DNA from: Phoronis australis
Lineage: Eukaryota > Animalia > Phoronida
Length of the DNA stretch: 64,000 nucleotides
Assembly (NCBI GenBank): GCA_002633005.1
Contig: NMRA01000046.1
Span: 1,141,126-1,205,125 of the forward strand
Direction: 5' to 3'
A program made the position numbers and the translations under genes. Shown in pieces: positions 54,301 to 64,000 of this stretch (the first letter of the stretch is position 1; the number at the start of each line of letters is the position of its first letter). The notes under the pieces were generated by a model that made no database searches, was not told the DNA's origin, and worked only from the letters and a program-made list of their open reading frames with translations.

Positions 54301-57300
54301 CCTACTGCAGGAAAATTCACCATTTTCTCAGGATAACCCACCAAAAACATTCAAATTCTACCTCCAGAAAAAACCAATTTCAATACTATGCTCAGCCATT
54401 TTGACAAGATACGTTTGTTGGAAAAGGCAAAGGAGGAAAAAGGTGAGCAAACCAACAATCATATATTAAGTTGTTTTTTAACAGATAAGGTTTGATGGCA
54501 GTGAATATCTTTAGAAATGATCTTGTGATTTGCTAATTGCAAATGAAAGTGAAAGATGGCTGTTAAACCAAAGTACACCACTGTGCCGAATTGAGTTATT
54601 TTTATTTAGATTAATGAAGCAAACATAATTTTTAAATTAGTTATCAAAAAAGATCTTCTTCTTCCATTTCAACAATACACTCATCACCAAGATCTACATT
54701 AAGCAGTAGTTAAAGGAACAAATGTGTCACCTAACTTGTTTTTACTTGGGTTTTTGTCAATGAGCACCTCCGTACTCATCAAGTTTCCGTACAAATATGC
54801 AAGTGTCACATATTTTACACAGGTTTGTGGCACCCACTTTTTAAACCTACACATGATGTTGGACCTGTTTTCATGCAGAACATTTGAAAATTAATGGGAG
54901 ATTCATGTAAAATTATGACACCATTCCTCATGCAGAACATTTGAAAATGAATGGGAGATTCATGTAAAATTATGACACCATTCCTCATGCAGAACATTTG
55001 AAAATGAATGGGAGATTCATGTACAATTATGACACCATTCCTCATGCAGAACATTTGAAAATGAATGGGAGATTCATGTAAAATTATGACACCATTCCTC
55101 ATGCAGAACATTTGAAAATTAATGGGAGATTCATGTTAAATTATGACACCATTCCTCATGCAGAACATTTGCAAATTAATGGGAGATTCATGGTAAATTA
55201 TGACACCATTCCTCATGCAGAACACTTGAAAATGAATGGGAGATTCATGTAAAATTATGACACCATTCCTCATGCAGAACATTTGCAAATTAATGGGAGA
55301 TTCATGGTAAATTATGACACCATTCCTCAACCTCTGTTAAACTCACCCTTTCCAGCCACACAAATCTTGACACTTGCGTTGCACTTGACTTAAACGAGGT
55401 TCATCTGTGACTGTGCTTACACCTACAACACCTTCCATGAAGGTTGGATTCTGTAAAACAAACAAACATCTATCCGTTGATATTTGTCATAATAATATTT
55501 AATTTTAATTGTAGTAATTCAGTACACTCAGTCACAAGGGTCATTCTTCAAGCAACTATAGGAAACCAACCATTACGTTAGACATTGGAATGCTACTATC
55601 AATGGAAGGCACACTCCATAGCCGAATCAGTGGCAAGACATACCAGCGACATTTCAAGTAGCGTTTATCAACTAGATTGACACTAGTTGTTTCAAACTAG
55701 CTTAGTTAGATAGGTACAAATGACCTATTGCATGTATACAAAACATTAATTGCGTTGCTGTGCTTACTCTAACTTTCCTATTCCACCTGAACATTACTCA
55801 TATCTTTTAAGAATGGTCGCAAACTATTTCACTAACATTACACAAGCCAAATACCTGTGAACATCAAAAAAATAAATGGGGTGCACTCATTTCTGGACCA
55901 CCACCATCAAGCTTGATTCCTCTAAATTAGTTTGCATATAGCTGCATGTGCCTGAATACACGCATATATGGTAAGCTTAACATATTCACTTAAAGGCACA
56001 TAGGGTCAATTTCATGCACATGGACAAGTTTTCAACTGGATGCTTTTGTCTTCCTACTTTTTACTTGAATAGTTCGATGATAAATTGCAACCATATCAAC
56101 ATCCAATGTTTTGATTTCGCTAAAAGTGTTTTGCACAATGTCCCAAAAGTCTAACTACAACATTAATGCAGTTTGCATGCAGCATAAGTAACTACTTTAT
56201 TTAGACTCCGGTGACCTAAAGTCGTGAATATAAGCATAAAAAGCAGCTGATTGTACTACTACCCAATGTCCGTTAGCAACTGCTCATGCGATGTCATGGA
56301 CATGTATCAGCCTTCACAAATATACATGTTTTTCCAGTCTTAACCCGTGTTTGTCTCCGTAAGCAGAGTTTTGAAACGGTTGCTCATATCGCCAGCCATT
56401 TTGAATGAGGCCCCAAAGTCGTGACCGTTTCGTTTAGACGGAAATGCACGAAGTAAGGCCACACGAATCAACTACAGTGCTTACAGTTACTCTAGACGAC
56501 ATAAAAATGTATTGCAGTGTTTATTAATTCAGTTTCAATTGAAATAAATGTTATGTGTTTTGCACCCAACTTTGATGTGCACAGACGTTTTCAATGAGAA
56601 TGTTTACATAAAACGTTAAGAACCCAGCTTCAATTATCTCTCTGTATTTTATTGCTTTGGCTTTACAAAACTTGATTGACCCTGAGACATTTTGATACAT
56701 TGTTCAAGCTACCCCTGGAGCATCAGGGCTTGGACTGACCAATGACAAAGAACGTGGAAACTTTTACGGCCCAGAACATGGGCGCTACCCAGCCTTGAAA
56801 TAGTCGATGCGAGCCTTTCGCCGACAAAATCGGTCGGACTAAAAATAAAAAAAAAATAAAAAAAAATGTTACCACCATCAGTAGCATGCGTCTGCGTCTT
56901 TTTATCTCGTCCATCCACTCCTCCACTCCGACCCCCACACATTTTTGGCTGCAGAGTCTTAGTATTTGTCACCGCGGTTTACAATCACACGAGACGCCAT
57001 TGAAAATCCCACCATGCTATCCCAGATGCCCCGGCAATGTTGACGATTTACGTTCCTCCGAAACATAAAGAGCAACTTCCGCTTTTCGAGGTGAACGTCG
57101 TCGGCAATGCCGCAGTAAGAAAGGAATTTGCCGCAGAAATTTTATATCAAATCAGATTTTTTTACGCGGAAATATAATAAAATGCGCAGAAAGAACATTT
57201 GAAAAAAGCGGAGATCCGCGTTTCCGCGGAAAATTCCAAGCCCTGGAGCATGTTTTTGAGCAAATCTGAATGATGTATATTTTCGAAAATATATTCTGAA

Positions 57301-60300
57301 CATGCACAAAAAAGTTGATTAGTGAAATATGCTGTTTTTAAGATACATTTGAAAAAAGAAGCCACTCACTCACTGTTTATTATCATGTTGTGAATATCAA
57401 CATGTCCGGGTATTCCGTTGACGTTAGTAAGCAGACGAACGCTGGAAACTACAACGCTAGATGTCGCGGGACCACGCAGACAAGGAAATACGATCGTTCA
57501 TGACTTTAGGGCACTCATGAGTTTAGGACCTCTGACGGTATTAAAATTTCTAACTGATTACTCAGTGCACTGTCAGCTAACGGATCAAAAGCAGGTGACA
57601 GAAACACCACTTAAAGAAAGTACCTTTTTATTTATCTCTTTCCTCCGCCGTTTCCTCTCAGGCTCACCACTCTCCTCTGATTGACCAACCTGACCATCAT
57701 CATCATCATCTGCTTCTTCCTCTTCTACAGAACAGACAAAAATGTGCCAATTAATAATGACATGACACCATAATGACAAAATACAAACCACATCTCTTGA
57801 AGCATCCATTCTTCATGTGGCAGCTACCTTAGCTATTTTTGAACAAGGCACACTGTCAAACATTGACAAAGGAAAACAGGATTAAATGTAGTTCAACAAG
57901 AATTTTGAAAAAAATGGCTAAAAACACCTAACGCCAAACCCATTCTCAGAATGTTACAAAATCTTGATGAGAAAGGCTATTACAGGCAACTTTGGCCAAA
58001 GCATGCATTGAATCTGACACTGTACATGGGGTTCTTACTCTGGTTGTAACAACATTAAGTCATTTCCCGCTCAGTTTCAGCCTGTTGTGCCAAAATTCCT
58101 GAGAACGTCATTGATAACTACCACGGTGTAACTCTGTGAAATTATGACATGCAACCAACCCATCACATATCAATTAGAAGAAAAAATTGTTGGTCAAACA
58201 ATCTTGGATATTCTTGAAGATGTGGAAGACAAAAAAGTGGCAGAAAATTTACATGTAAATATCAAGAGCATGCACTACATTCAAGAAATACGAAGCTAGT
58301 GGCATACAGTTGCAGTTATTGACATGCTGACTTTATAAAATATATGAAAGAACATTTAAAATAGAAACGCTACATTTATCACACAGCTGCCAGAAACACT
58401 TCCATGGATTTAGCACCAGATAGAAGTCACAGTCATGACTACAAATCAACTGTATTGCTGTGAATGAAAACATACCTAGACACCACTCAGGTAATGGGGG
58501 CGCTAATGGTGTGTCATCCCTGTCGCCGTACCTGGAGAACAACTCTGTCAGGTAATCCTGTTTGTATATACCAGGTGGTCGAGTCTGGGCAAATACATTC
58601 ACTGCAGCTTCAATACTGGAATCAGAGAACAGTTTTTAATAGATGAGCTCACACAAAGATGAAGTATAAATAGTGCAAAGAATGTGGACACCAGCTACCT
58701 TAAAACAATATGCCATGGAGATACCTGATCACTGCATGTGGTTCTAAGCTAGGTTTTCAATAACTGAACATCATATAGTCTGTCTCAGGTAGCCAGCAAA
58801 ATTACTCGGGATTGTCAAAATTACTCACTGCATCAAAACTTGGATATTCCAATTAAAGCATCACACGTATTCACTAACAAGAGCAACGCATAGCCTTGAA
58901 ATGCGCCCACGAATGCACCGCAAACGGTATGCTTCTAGAGGTGTTTATTTGGAACATAAAAATGGCCACTAGATGGTGCATAATTCATCAAATCCATCCG
59001 GAAACTGGTATGTGTCATCAAAGATATTTACCAAATGTTATAAAAATCTGTCAGGGAGCTTCTGAGAAACCGAGGAAAACGAAAAAAAAAATGAAATTGC
59101 TAATAGGAGGCTACAAGCGCAAAAAACATAACATACCCTAAGAGGCATCACAGCAGATGAAATCATCAGAAAACCATCATCAGACTTCTTCTTCACATTA
59201 GAAACAAACATGCCAATATACACAACCATCCTTAGAGTGGTTTGGTTGACAGAGGGGCAGACGCCAAATAACAAGACTCCAAAACAGTAAAAATGGCCAC
59301 TAGGTGGTACAAAATATGAGTCAAAATGAAAGCCGGAGGATATTGACAATTCAATAATGGATGCCTATTTTGCAAAAATTTATGAAAATCCGTTGAGGTC
59401 CTTTGAAGATAGAGGTAAAATTAAAAAAACTAAAGTTGTTTGTTTGACAGAGGGAAGATGCTACTAGACTAAAAAATAGTAAAAATGGCCACGACGTGGC
59501 GCAAAATGCCTCAAATTCAACCGAAAACCGGATTATACAGAGGTAAACGTAAAAAAATAAAATTGCCACTAGGGGGCACACTGGTAGGCGGATCCGTCCA
59601 AAAGTCGTCATCGTCTGTTGTTAACATAATATAAATACACTTATTAAATTTCGTAAAGATCCTGCGAACGGTTTAGGAGATACAGCCATAGGCGCAAAAA
59701 AAAAACAAAACTGCCACTAGGAGGAGCCACAGTAGTCCAAATCGTCTGAAAATCATTGTCAGCTGTCCACTTTATAGTAAGCACATACACGCCAATTTTC
59801 ACAATCATCCTTTGAGCGGTTTGGTTGATAGAGGGGTGGACGCACCAAAACAGACTCAAAAACACTAAAAATGGCCACTAGGTGGCGCAAACTATGTCAA
59901 ATCCATCTACAAACGGGAGGATAGCGTCATCTCACTAATAGGTGCCTACATACCAAATTTCATGAAAATCCGTTCAGGACTTTTGAAGATACAAAGGTAA
60001 GCGTAAAAAACTAAAATTGCCACTAGGGGGCACACCGGAAGTCAGATCCGTCCGAAAGTTCGTACATGCCGTCCCATTCATGAATGGAACATATGTGCCA
60101 AATTTCATGAACGTATGTCAAAGGGTTTTGGAGATAAAGCAGCGGACGCCAGACGGACGCCGCCCGGACGGACGAACGGACGGAGATGACGGCATAATGT
60201 GTCCACATATAAATACGTGGGCGCGTAAATATGGGGGCGCATGAAAAACTGTATTTTCCCATGCATCACTGCTGCCATACAGCACGAGTGGATATATTCA

Positions 60301-63300
60301 AAATAGTGATAACAACATGTTAGTTGTAGTTCCAGAAATCCCCAAGATTGCCTGATTACCATTTTACTCCTATTGGCCCTATCTACTCTGCATAAAGACT
60401 ACACTTTTTCCCCAGTGGGACACACTTCTGCATGGCAATAATTCAATAGTCAATTGTGTTTACCATGTCACCCATCTATCACTAGACACAACAGATCCAG
60501 ACACGGATACTCTACAATAATTAAAATGTTTGATTGCACTTTACATCATGGCTAAACAGCTTTTTGAGTTTCAGACTGAATTGAATGATTGATACTGGAT
60601 ACAAAACCTTACCAATTTTTGACATCATAAAAGATGGAATCTTAGAAAGCTGAAAAACAGCACATGGCTTAGTATCCCCAGACAGTTCTAATAGTCTTAT
60701 CATTTTAAGAGATTGACTAATATTCACCTATCAACAAACTGCAGTCTGTAATAAAACAGCCTAATAAAAATATTTACAACTGGACACTGCTCAATACAAA
60801 AGGCATCTCCTGCAGCTTGGTGCCCACACGGACAACTACTGCAACAGCCAAGGCACAACACAAAACTCCTAGGTCAGCTTGACCTGCCAACAAACATACC
60901 TCCAGTCCAACTTCTCAACTAGGTATGCACAGATGAGGAACCCGGTTCTGTTGAAACCATGGGTGCAGTGAATTCCTACAGCGCATAAATACATTCAAGT
61001 GAAAATTATGAAGTGAGCATTATAAATGAGCAGCACTTGTCTATGAACTGGAAAAAATTATACCTATTGAACACTTAGATGCAATTTACAGACCTACAGC
61101 AGCATTTTTACTTGGCGGAATTCTGGGAATTCTGCCAAGTATGTTGGTCTGACATCAAGTTTTTTTGTTTGTTTGTTCGCTCTCTACAGGTCGCAATTTT
61201 CGTCTGATTTTCACCAAATTTGCACACGACGTGTAGATTGCAAAGTCCTGTATGCCTATTGTTTTTGGTAATGATCGGATTCAAAATGGCAGACTTGGTG
61301 GCCATTTTGTTTCTGATTTCACATTCAAATGCTCATAGAGGCCGCATTTTTTGATATACAGAGCTGAAACTTGGTACGATTATTATAGAACACATGTACT
61401 ACAACTGTGCCAAAAACGTTGACTTCCGGTTAAAGATAGCGGAAATATTGACAATGGCGCATGCGCACCTCGATATCTGGCCAAAAACGTTTTCTCCTGT
61501 AAAGGGCGCATTGGCGAACCAATCATTTTCAAACTGGTCATGAGTTTGTTGCTATTGATTGGCTTTTATAAAATTTTGTTAAACCGGAAGTCACTTTCAA
61601 GATGGCGGTTCTGGCGCATTTTCACCTGTTTTCAATCGTTCTGCGGTCGCATTTTTAACGGGAAGAGCAAATGACGTGAATTTTTGCATCTGGATTCCTT
61701 GAAGTATGCTCTTTCGAAAGTTCTGCGAATAACGTTTTTCTCAGACTTACCGTTTTCGAGTTATTTGACTTAAAATTTCAAAAACAAAACCCTGCAAAAT
61801 TTCAATTTTTTAGAAAAAATTAAGAAATGTTGCGAAATTACCAATTTAGATAGAGTTTGGAATGGGCTTTCGGAAGATGTTTTCCATTTTTCGCTATGAC
61901 GTCTACTTTTCGAATTATTTGAGATTTTCTGATAGCGCTGTTCCTTTGTTGAGCGCTCTTACTGCATTGATGTTGGTTTAGTTTATTTGAACAAGACTGT
62001 AGCTTATTTCTTACTAACTTATGACATCTGAGTTCGTCGTATGAATGTTATGATGTTGTTCATCATCGCCACCTTCATCATCACAATCATCATTGTCGTT
62101 AATTTTGCCTATTGTCGCTGAAGACTGTAGGTAGCACTAAAAAGCCAGGCCGCGGCCATGGAGCATTTTCTAGTCCCTAGAATTTATGTTGAGGGCGTGT
62201 GTCAGGTTTGGCGGGTGGTTTGAGGAAATTGTTAACAATTGCAAGGAAACTTATTTACTTGTGTTTTTGAATGAGAAAAACCAAGTTTTACCTACTTTTG
62301 ATACAAACTGGTAGCTGTCATTTGCTATCAACCCCTGTCGTCTGCTGTCCGAAAAACCAAGTGCGATTTCAGGTGGCTGTCAGACATATCAAATTTGCCA
62401 AAAAAGTAGCTGATAAGAGGCTTACTATGACCACACAGTTAGAATCTAGTGAGGACGAGCATTCTGAATCTGTAGTCAGATTTTTTCTAGCACTTGCAGG
62501 GAAGTGGTTATTTCAGGGAGAAAATTGTCAAATTTGGCATTTTTTGCAAATAGCATTCTGTGCCGGGATTTTCTTGCCATGTATATTAACCGATCAGAAA
62601 TCTGTACAGTTCGATAGTTTTAAACGGGCTTTCATATTAAGATATTCTTCATTTTTCACTAGGACATCTTAACCGATAAACTAATGCAACAGCAATTCAG
62701 TTGGTCAGACACGCAGTGTTTATTTGTTTACAATATTTGCTCGCAAAGAAACAACTTCTGGTTTGAAGCATAGCCATTGTAAAAATATATTTAAATATAA
62801 AAATTGACTCAAGAAGATTCAAAATAACTTTCCCAGCAAAAAATAAAATATACATAATTACACTATCATACTTCATGTGCAAGAGTCTAGTCAGTAAAGC
62901 ATTCATTGCAGAGGGTTTGAAGACATGCCGGACACTTTAACAAATTTAAAGTCCGACTGTAAAAATTAGGAGAAAATAAATTAATCTGCAAATGAGAATG
63001 AGTGAGCATAAAGTTAAATGTCGGCATCACACGGAATGAATAACGTAAATTTAAGGGGCACTTCACTGATGTCTAGCTGCCATTTTGCCAATAATAAATT
63101 CTTCAAAAAAGTGGTTTAGGGTATAAAAATATTAACAAACTCAACCGATTTCAAACTGTTTCTGAATGAGCAAGCACCTCAAACCACAGAAAATGCGTGT
63201 TATTGGTCAGCTAAACAGTGTAAAATGCAGCTTAGTAATTTCTAAAACACAACGTTTTAGAGGAGTAAGCAAATCCAGTGGCCCAGTGACATGCTTGTTA

Positions 63301-63960
63301 AATTGTGCGCTATAATAATTACCAATTATCTCTAGAGGTTTTTGACGAACAAATCTGTCCACAAGATTAATAAAAGCTTCAGTCTGTTCAGGCGAGGGTG
63401 TTTCACCATGTCTGAAATCATATAAACAGCAAAGTGTTAAATTTGCACCAAGCATTCGGTATAACATTCTTAGGATTGAGACAATGAGAACTCACACAGA
63501 AAATGCAAAAGGTTGTTTACCTTAAGCATATTAAGAAGAATTTCAAGTAAACAAAATCCCAATCTGCAATAAAGCATGTAAATTGCACAGACTTCTAAAT
63601 ATTGTTTGAAAGCTTCACTAATGAATCAGACAAGATCATAGGAAACAAAGACTTATTCAATAAGGCTCTAACTTATATCAAAAAGAAATAACCCAGATGT
63701 CACTTCTCACTTCACCCATCACCGCTTTATCTTTTTTCCTGAGCAATAGAATCCTTTACTGAATGTAATCATTAACAAAAACAACGGTTTAACAGCATAA
63801 CTGCTCAACAGTTTTCTTAATATTTACAACATAGACCAATACAGCCAGATACGAACCCTCGACATTGAAGCTTGGTGTATCGACACTCCAACTTGTCTAA
63901 CTCACGACTGTCGTAAAACCTCCTAGTGTTGGTTAAATCAATGAGCAAGCCCATCTTCAG
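18186..63960 (-). CDS. RNGTT: mRNA capping enzyme (RNA triphosphatase + guanylyltransferase), 14 coding exons in window, 5' exons outside
   Basis: All exons have GT-AG boundaries and compatible phases, and join into one frame with HCTHGFNR (triphosphatase P-loop), KADG (GTase motif I), IDGE, YDII, DGLIF and KWKP motifs. Confidence 0.97.
18500..18685 (-). mobile_element. tRNA-derived SINE-like sequence
   Basis: Minus strand has A-box-like gtgtcttagaggt and B-box gggttcgaatcc, with no intact cloverleaf. Confidence 0.55.
18974..19103 (-). CDS. RNGTT: RNGTT exon
   Basis: [43 protein letters not shown]; ag/gt flanks. Confidence 0.95.
19462..19528 (-). CDS. RNGTT: RNGTT exon
   Basis: [22 protein letters not shown]; ag/gt flanks. 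Confidence 0.93.
19560..20340 (+). mobile_element. Penelope-like element remnant (RT C-terminus + GIY-YIG endonuclease)
   Basis: Degenerate [16 protein letters not shown] and [29 protein letters not shown] (VY-x-C-x-YIG-x-T pattern). Confidence 0.7.
20992..21092 (-). CDS. RNGTT: RNGTT exon (GTase motif V)
   Basis: [34 protein letters not shown]. Confidence 0.96.
21650..21721 (-). CDS. RNGTT: RNGTT exon (GTase motif IV)
   Basis: [24 protein letters not shown]. Confidence 0.96.
23606..25567 (+). mobile_element. 5'-truncated L1/Tx1-like LINE with poly(A) tail and TSD
   Basis: [47 protein letters not shown]; AATAAA plus A-tail; TSD GTCAGTTC at 23598-23605 and 25568-25575. Confidence 0.92.
25772..25936 (-). 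CDS. RNGTT: RNGTT exon
   Basis: [55 protein letters not shown]. Confidence 0.96.
26027..26812 (+). mobile_element. dispersed non-autonomous repeat (Crypton-like?) with internal tRNA-like cassette, copy 1
   Basis: Highly similar to 39188-39797; ttattacatg near both ends; A/B-box-like segment at ~26650-26720. Confidence 0.7.
26918..29140 (-). mobile_element. Helentron-type non-autonomous element (HINE/DINE-1-like) with ~150-bp internal repeats, older copy
   Basis: AACAAGAG terminus, internal ccactaggNggc repeats, degenerate cagacg tail. Confidence 0.7.
29192..29648. mobile_element. foldback MITE with ~185-bp terminal inverted repeats
   Basis: aaggtacctaaactacacgg... is mirrored by ...ccatgtagtttaggtacctt; the arms match over ~185 bp. 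Confidence 0.88.
29683..31331 (+). mobile_element. internally deleted Kolobok-type DNA transposon
   Basis: TTAA at 29679-29682 and 31332-31335; TIR aggagaataccacccaa / ttgggaggcattctcct; THAP-like remnant [20 protein letters not shown] on +; GYQFEPEY fragment on -. Confidence 0.82.
31483..31554 (-). CDS. RNGTT: RNGTT exon (GTase motif III/IIIa)
   Basis: [24 protein letters not shown]. Confidence 0.96.
31559..32005 (-). mobile_element. HINE-family fragment
   Basis: aacaagaacaatgcaga head plus internal-repeat similarity to 27500-27960. Confidence 0.6.
32436..32571 (-). CDS. RNGTT: RNGTT exon
   Basis: (R)[45 protein letters not shown]. Confidence 0.97.
32799..34271 (-). mobile_element. Helentron-type non-autonomous element (HINE-like)
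   Basis: Ends AACAAGAG..tgcgcccac and gtgggcgcataaaa (sub-terminal inverted repeats), (GGAC)n microsatellite, terminal hairpin, ~150-bp internal repeats. Confidence 0.8.
35230..35750 (-). mobile_element. degenerate HINE-family fragment with a local ~45-bp tandem duplication
   Basis: gagcaacgcatagcgttgaaat head; ggtgtgcttctaggggtgttttata occurs twice. Confidence 0.5.
38299..38614 (+). CDS. CTHRC1: CTHRC1-like collagen exon (alternative acceptor at 38306)
   Basis: CSVCMP then 31 Gly-X-Y triplets with one interruption; donor CAAG|gtaaaa. Confidence 0.9.
38299..47462 (+). CDS. CTHRC1: collagen triple helix repeat-containing protein 1-like gene nested in RNGTT intron (4 exons resolved, first coding exon uncertain)
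   Basis: Collagen exon plus exons encoding [30 protein letters not shown] and [21 protein letters not shown], matching the CTHRC1 C-terminal domain; splice phases are compatible. Confidence 0.9.
38743..38800. repeat. (TG)n-like microsatellite
   Basis: tgtgtgtgtgcgtgcatg run. Confidence 0.9.
38944..39026 (+). CDS. CTHRC1: CTHRC1-like exon
   Basis: tttcag|(G)[27 protein letters not shown]|gtaaca. Confidence 0.88.
39188..39797 (+). mobile_element. dispersed non-autonomous repeat (Crypton-like?) with internal tRNA-like cassette, copy 2
   Basis: Matches 26027-26812 minus a ~190-bp block; hairpin aattatcgccc..gggcgataatt; tRNA-like 39637-39704. Confidence 0.7.
40030..41925. mobile_element. possible degenerate DNA transposon with taagcgccc/ttaaccgccc subterminal repeats
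   Basis: Clusters of the motif at 40045-40145 and 41750-41910; right end gggcgttaacccgaacgtttagggta; left terminus unclear. Confidence 0.35.
41990..44760 (+). mobile_element. old, degraded L1/Tx1-like LINE related to 23606-25567
   Basis: [40 protein letters not shown], with many stops and frameshifts. Confidence 0.85.
45175..45568. repeat. 77-bp minisatellite, ~5 copies
   Basis: ggt(a/g)cctagc recurs at 45241, 45318, 45395, 45472 and 45547. Confidence 0.95.
45948..46140 (+). CDS. CTHRC1: CTHRC1-like exon
   Basis: aacag|[64 protein letters not shown]|gtaagt. Confidence 0.93.
46394..46562. repeat. 39-bp minisatellite, ~4.3 copies
   Basis: Unit tgtagactaaatggagtgggtcaggtttgacggcaatgt. Confidence 0.95.
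47314..47462 (+). CDS. CTHRC1: CTHRC1-like last exon
   Basis: tttgcag|(F)[48 protein letters not shown]; AATAAA at 47494 and 48072. Confidence 0.94.
48755..49258. mobile_element. hAT-like MITE, copy 1, 6-bp TSD
   Basis: TIR CAGGGCTTGGA/TCCAAGCCCTG; AAAACC on both flanks. Confidence 0.9.
49988..52388 (-). mobile_element. Helentron-type non-autonomous element (HINE-like) with nested insertion
   Basis: aacaagagcaacgcggagctttgaaatgcgcccac head, gtgggcgcataaaaaa tail, internal repeats. Confidence 0.8.
50741..51570. repeat. nested insertion bounded by 252-bp direct repeats (50741-50992, 51319-51570)
   Basis: The two copies differ at ~4 positions and each ends in ~30 bp of host HINE sequence. Confidence 0.9.
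53409..53510 (-). CDS. RNGTT: RNGTT exon (GTase motif I, catalytic Lys)
   Basis: [33 protein letters not shown](R). Confidence 0.97.
54871..55329. repeat. 57-bp minisatellite, 8 copies
   Basis: Unit tcatgcagaacatttgaaaatgaatgggagattcatgtaaaattatgacaccattcc. Confidence 0.97.
55347..55450 (-). CDS. RNGTT: RNGTT exon
   Basis: [35 protein letters not shown]. Confidence 0.95.
56724..57245. mobile_element. hAT-like MITE, copy 2, 6-bp TSD
   Basis: Same TIRs and interior as 48755-49258; GAGCAT on both flanks. Confidence 0.9.
57624..57724 (-). CDS. RNGTT: RNGTT exon (acidic linker + basic NLS-like patch)
   Basis: [34 protein letters not shown]. Confidence 0.92.
58476..58615 (-). CDS. RNGTT: RNGTT exon
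   Basis: [46 protein letters not shown]. Confidence 0.96.
58876..60249 (-). mobile_element. Helentron-type non-autonomous element (HINE-like)
   Basis: Same termini as the other copies; right half nearly identical to 33620-34270. Confidence 0.8.
60900..60975 (-). CDS. RNGTT: RNGTT exon (triphosphatase active site)
   Basis: [25 protein letters not shown]. Confidence 0.97.
61105..62174 (+). mobile_element. second family of Helitron/Helentron-type non-autonomous element
   Basis: 5' T-run plus hairpin tacttggcggaattc-tgg-gaattctgccaagta, (tttg)n, aaaatggc motifs, GC-rich 3' end finishing ttttCTAGT. Confidence 0.65.
63323..63411 (-). CDS. RNGTT: RNGTT exon
   Basis: [29 protein letters not shown](G). 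Confidence 0.95.
63857..63960 (-). CDS. RNGTT: RNGTT exon (5'-most in window)
   Basis: gcag|[35 protein letters not shown]|gttcgt. Confidence 0.95.
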
Positions 63961-64000
63961 CTGCAAAAGAACGCAGACAAGTGAATACTCCATGTGTGTG

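Noticed and set aside
54815-55330. Repetitive ORFs ([19 protein letters not shown])n
   Set aside because: Artefact of a 57-bp (19-codon) tandem repeat.
55990-56692. Second Kolobok-like element (ttaaaggcacatagggtcaat ... attgaccctg)
   Set aside because: Only ~10 bp of TIR match and there is no right-hand TTAA; too weak to call.
59038-60362. ORFs with recurring APPSG motifs (also at 33283 and 50630-51678)
   Set aside because: They are translations of the non-coding ccactaggNggcgc motif in HINE repeats.

Overview
AT-rich, intron- and transposon-rich animal genomic DNA; the repeat types and protein families suggest a marine invertebrate bilaterian (inference). Three protein-coding genes can be reconstructed by hand. 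(1) The last two exons of a + strand single-pass membrane protein (4202-6696): a thrombospondin type-1 repeat, a TM helix, five ~67-aa helical repeats and a C-terminal region resembling the dynein stalk microtubule-binding domain. (2) Fourteen coding exons of the mRNA capping enzyme RNGTT on the - strand (18186-63960); its 5' exons lie beyond the window. (3) A CTHRC1-like collagen gene on the + strand, nested in a 20.8-kb RNGTT intron. The rest is mostly mobile DNA: a three-level nest (Gypsy > LINE > Gypsy with non-TG/CA LTR ends), two Tx1/L1-like LINEs, a Penelope-like remnant, a Kolobok derivative, hAT-like MITEs with 6-bp TSDs, a foldback MITE, a repeat carrying an internal tRNA-like cassette, and several Helentron-type non-autonomous elements whose ~150-bp internal repeats each carry a CTCF-like motif. 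There are also several minisatellites. All homology calls come from motif recognition by eye, not database searches.
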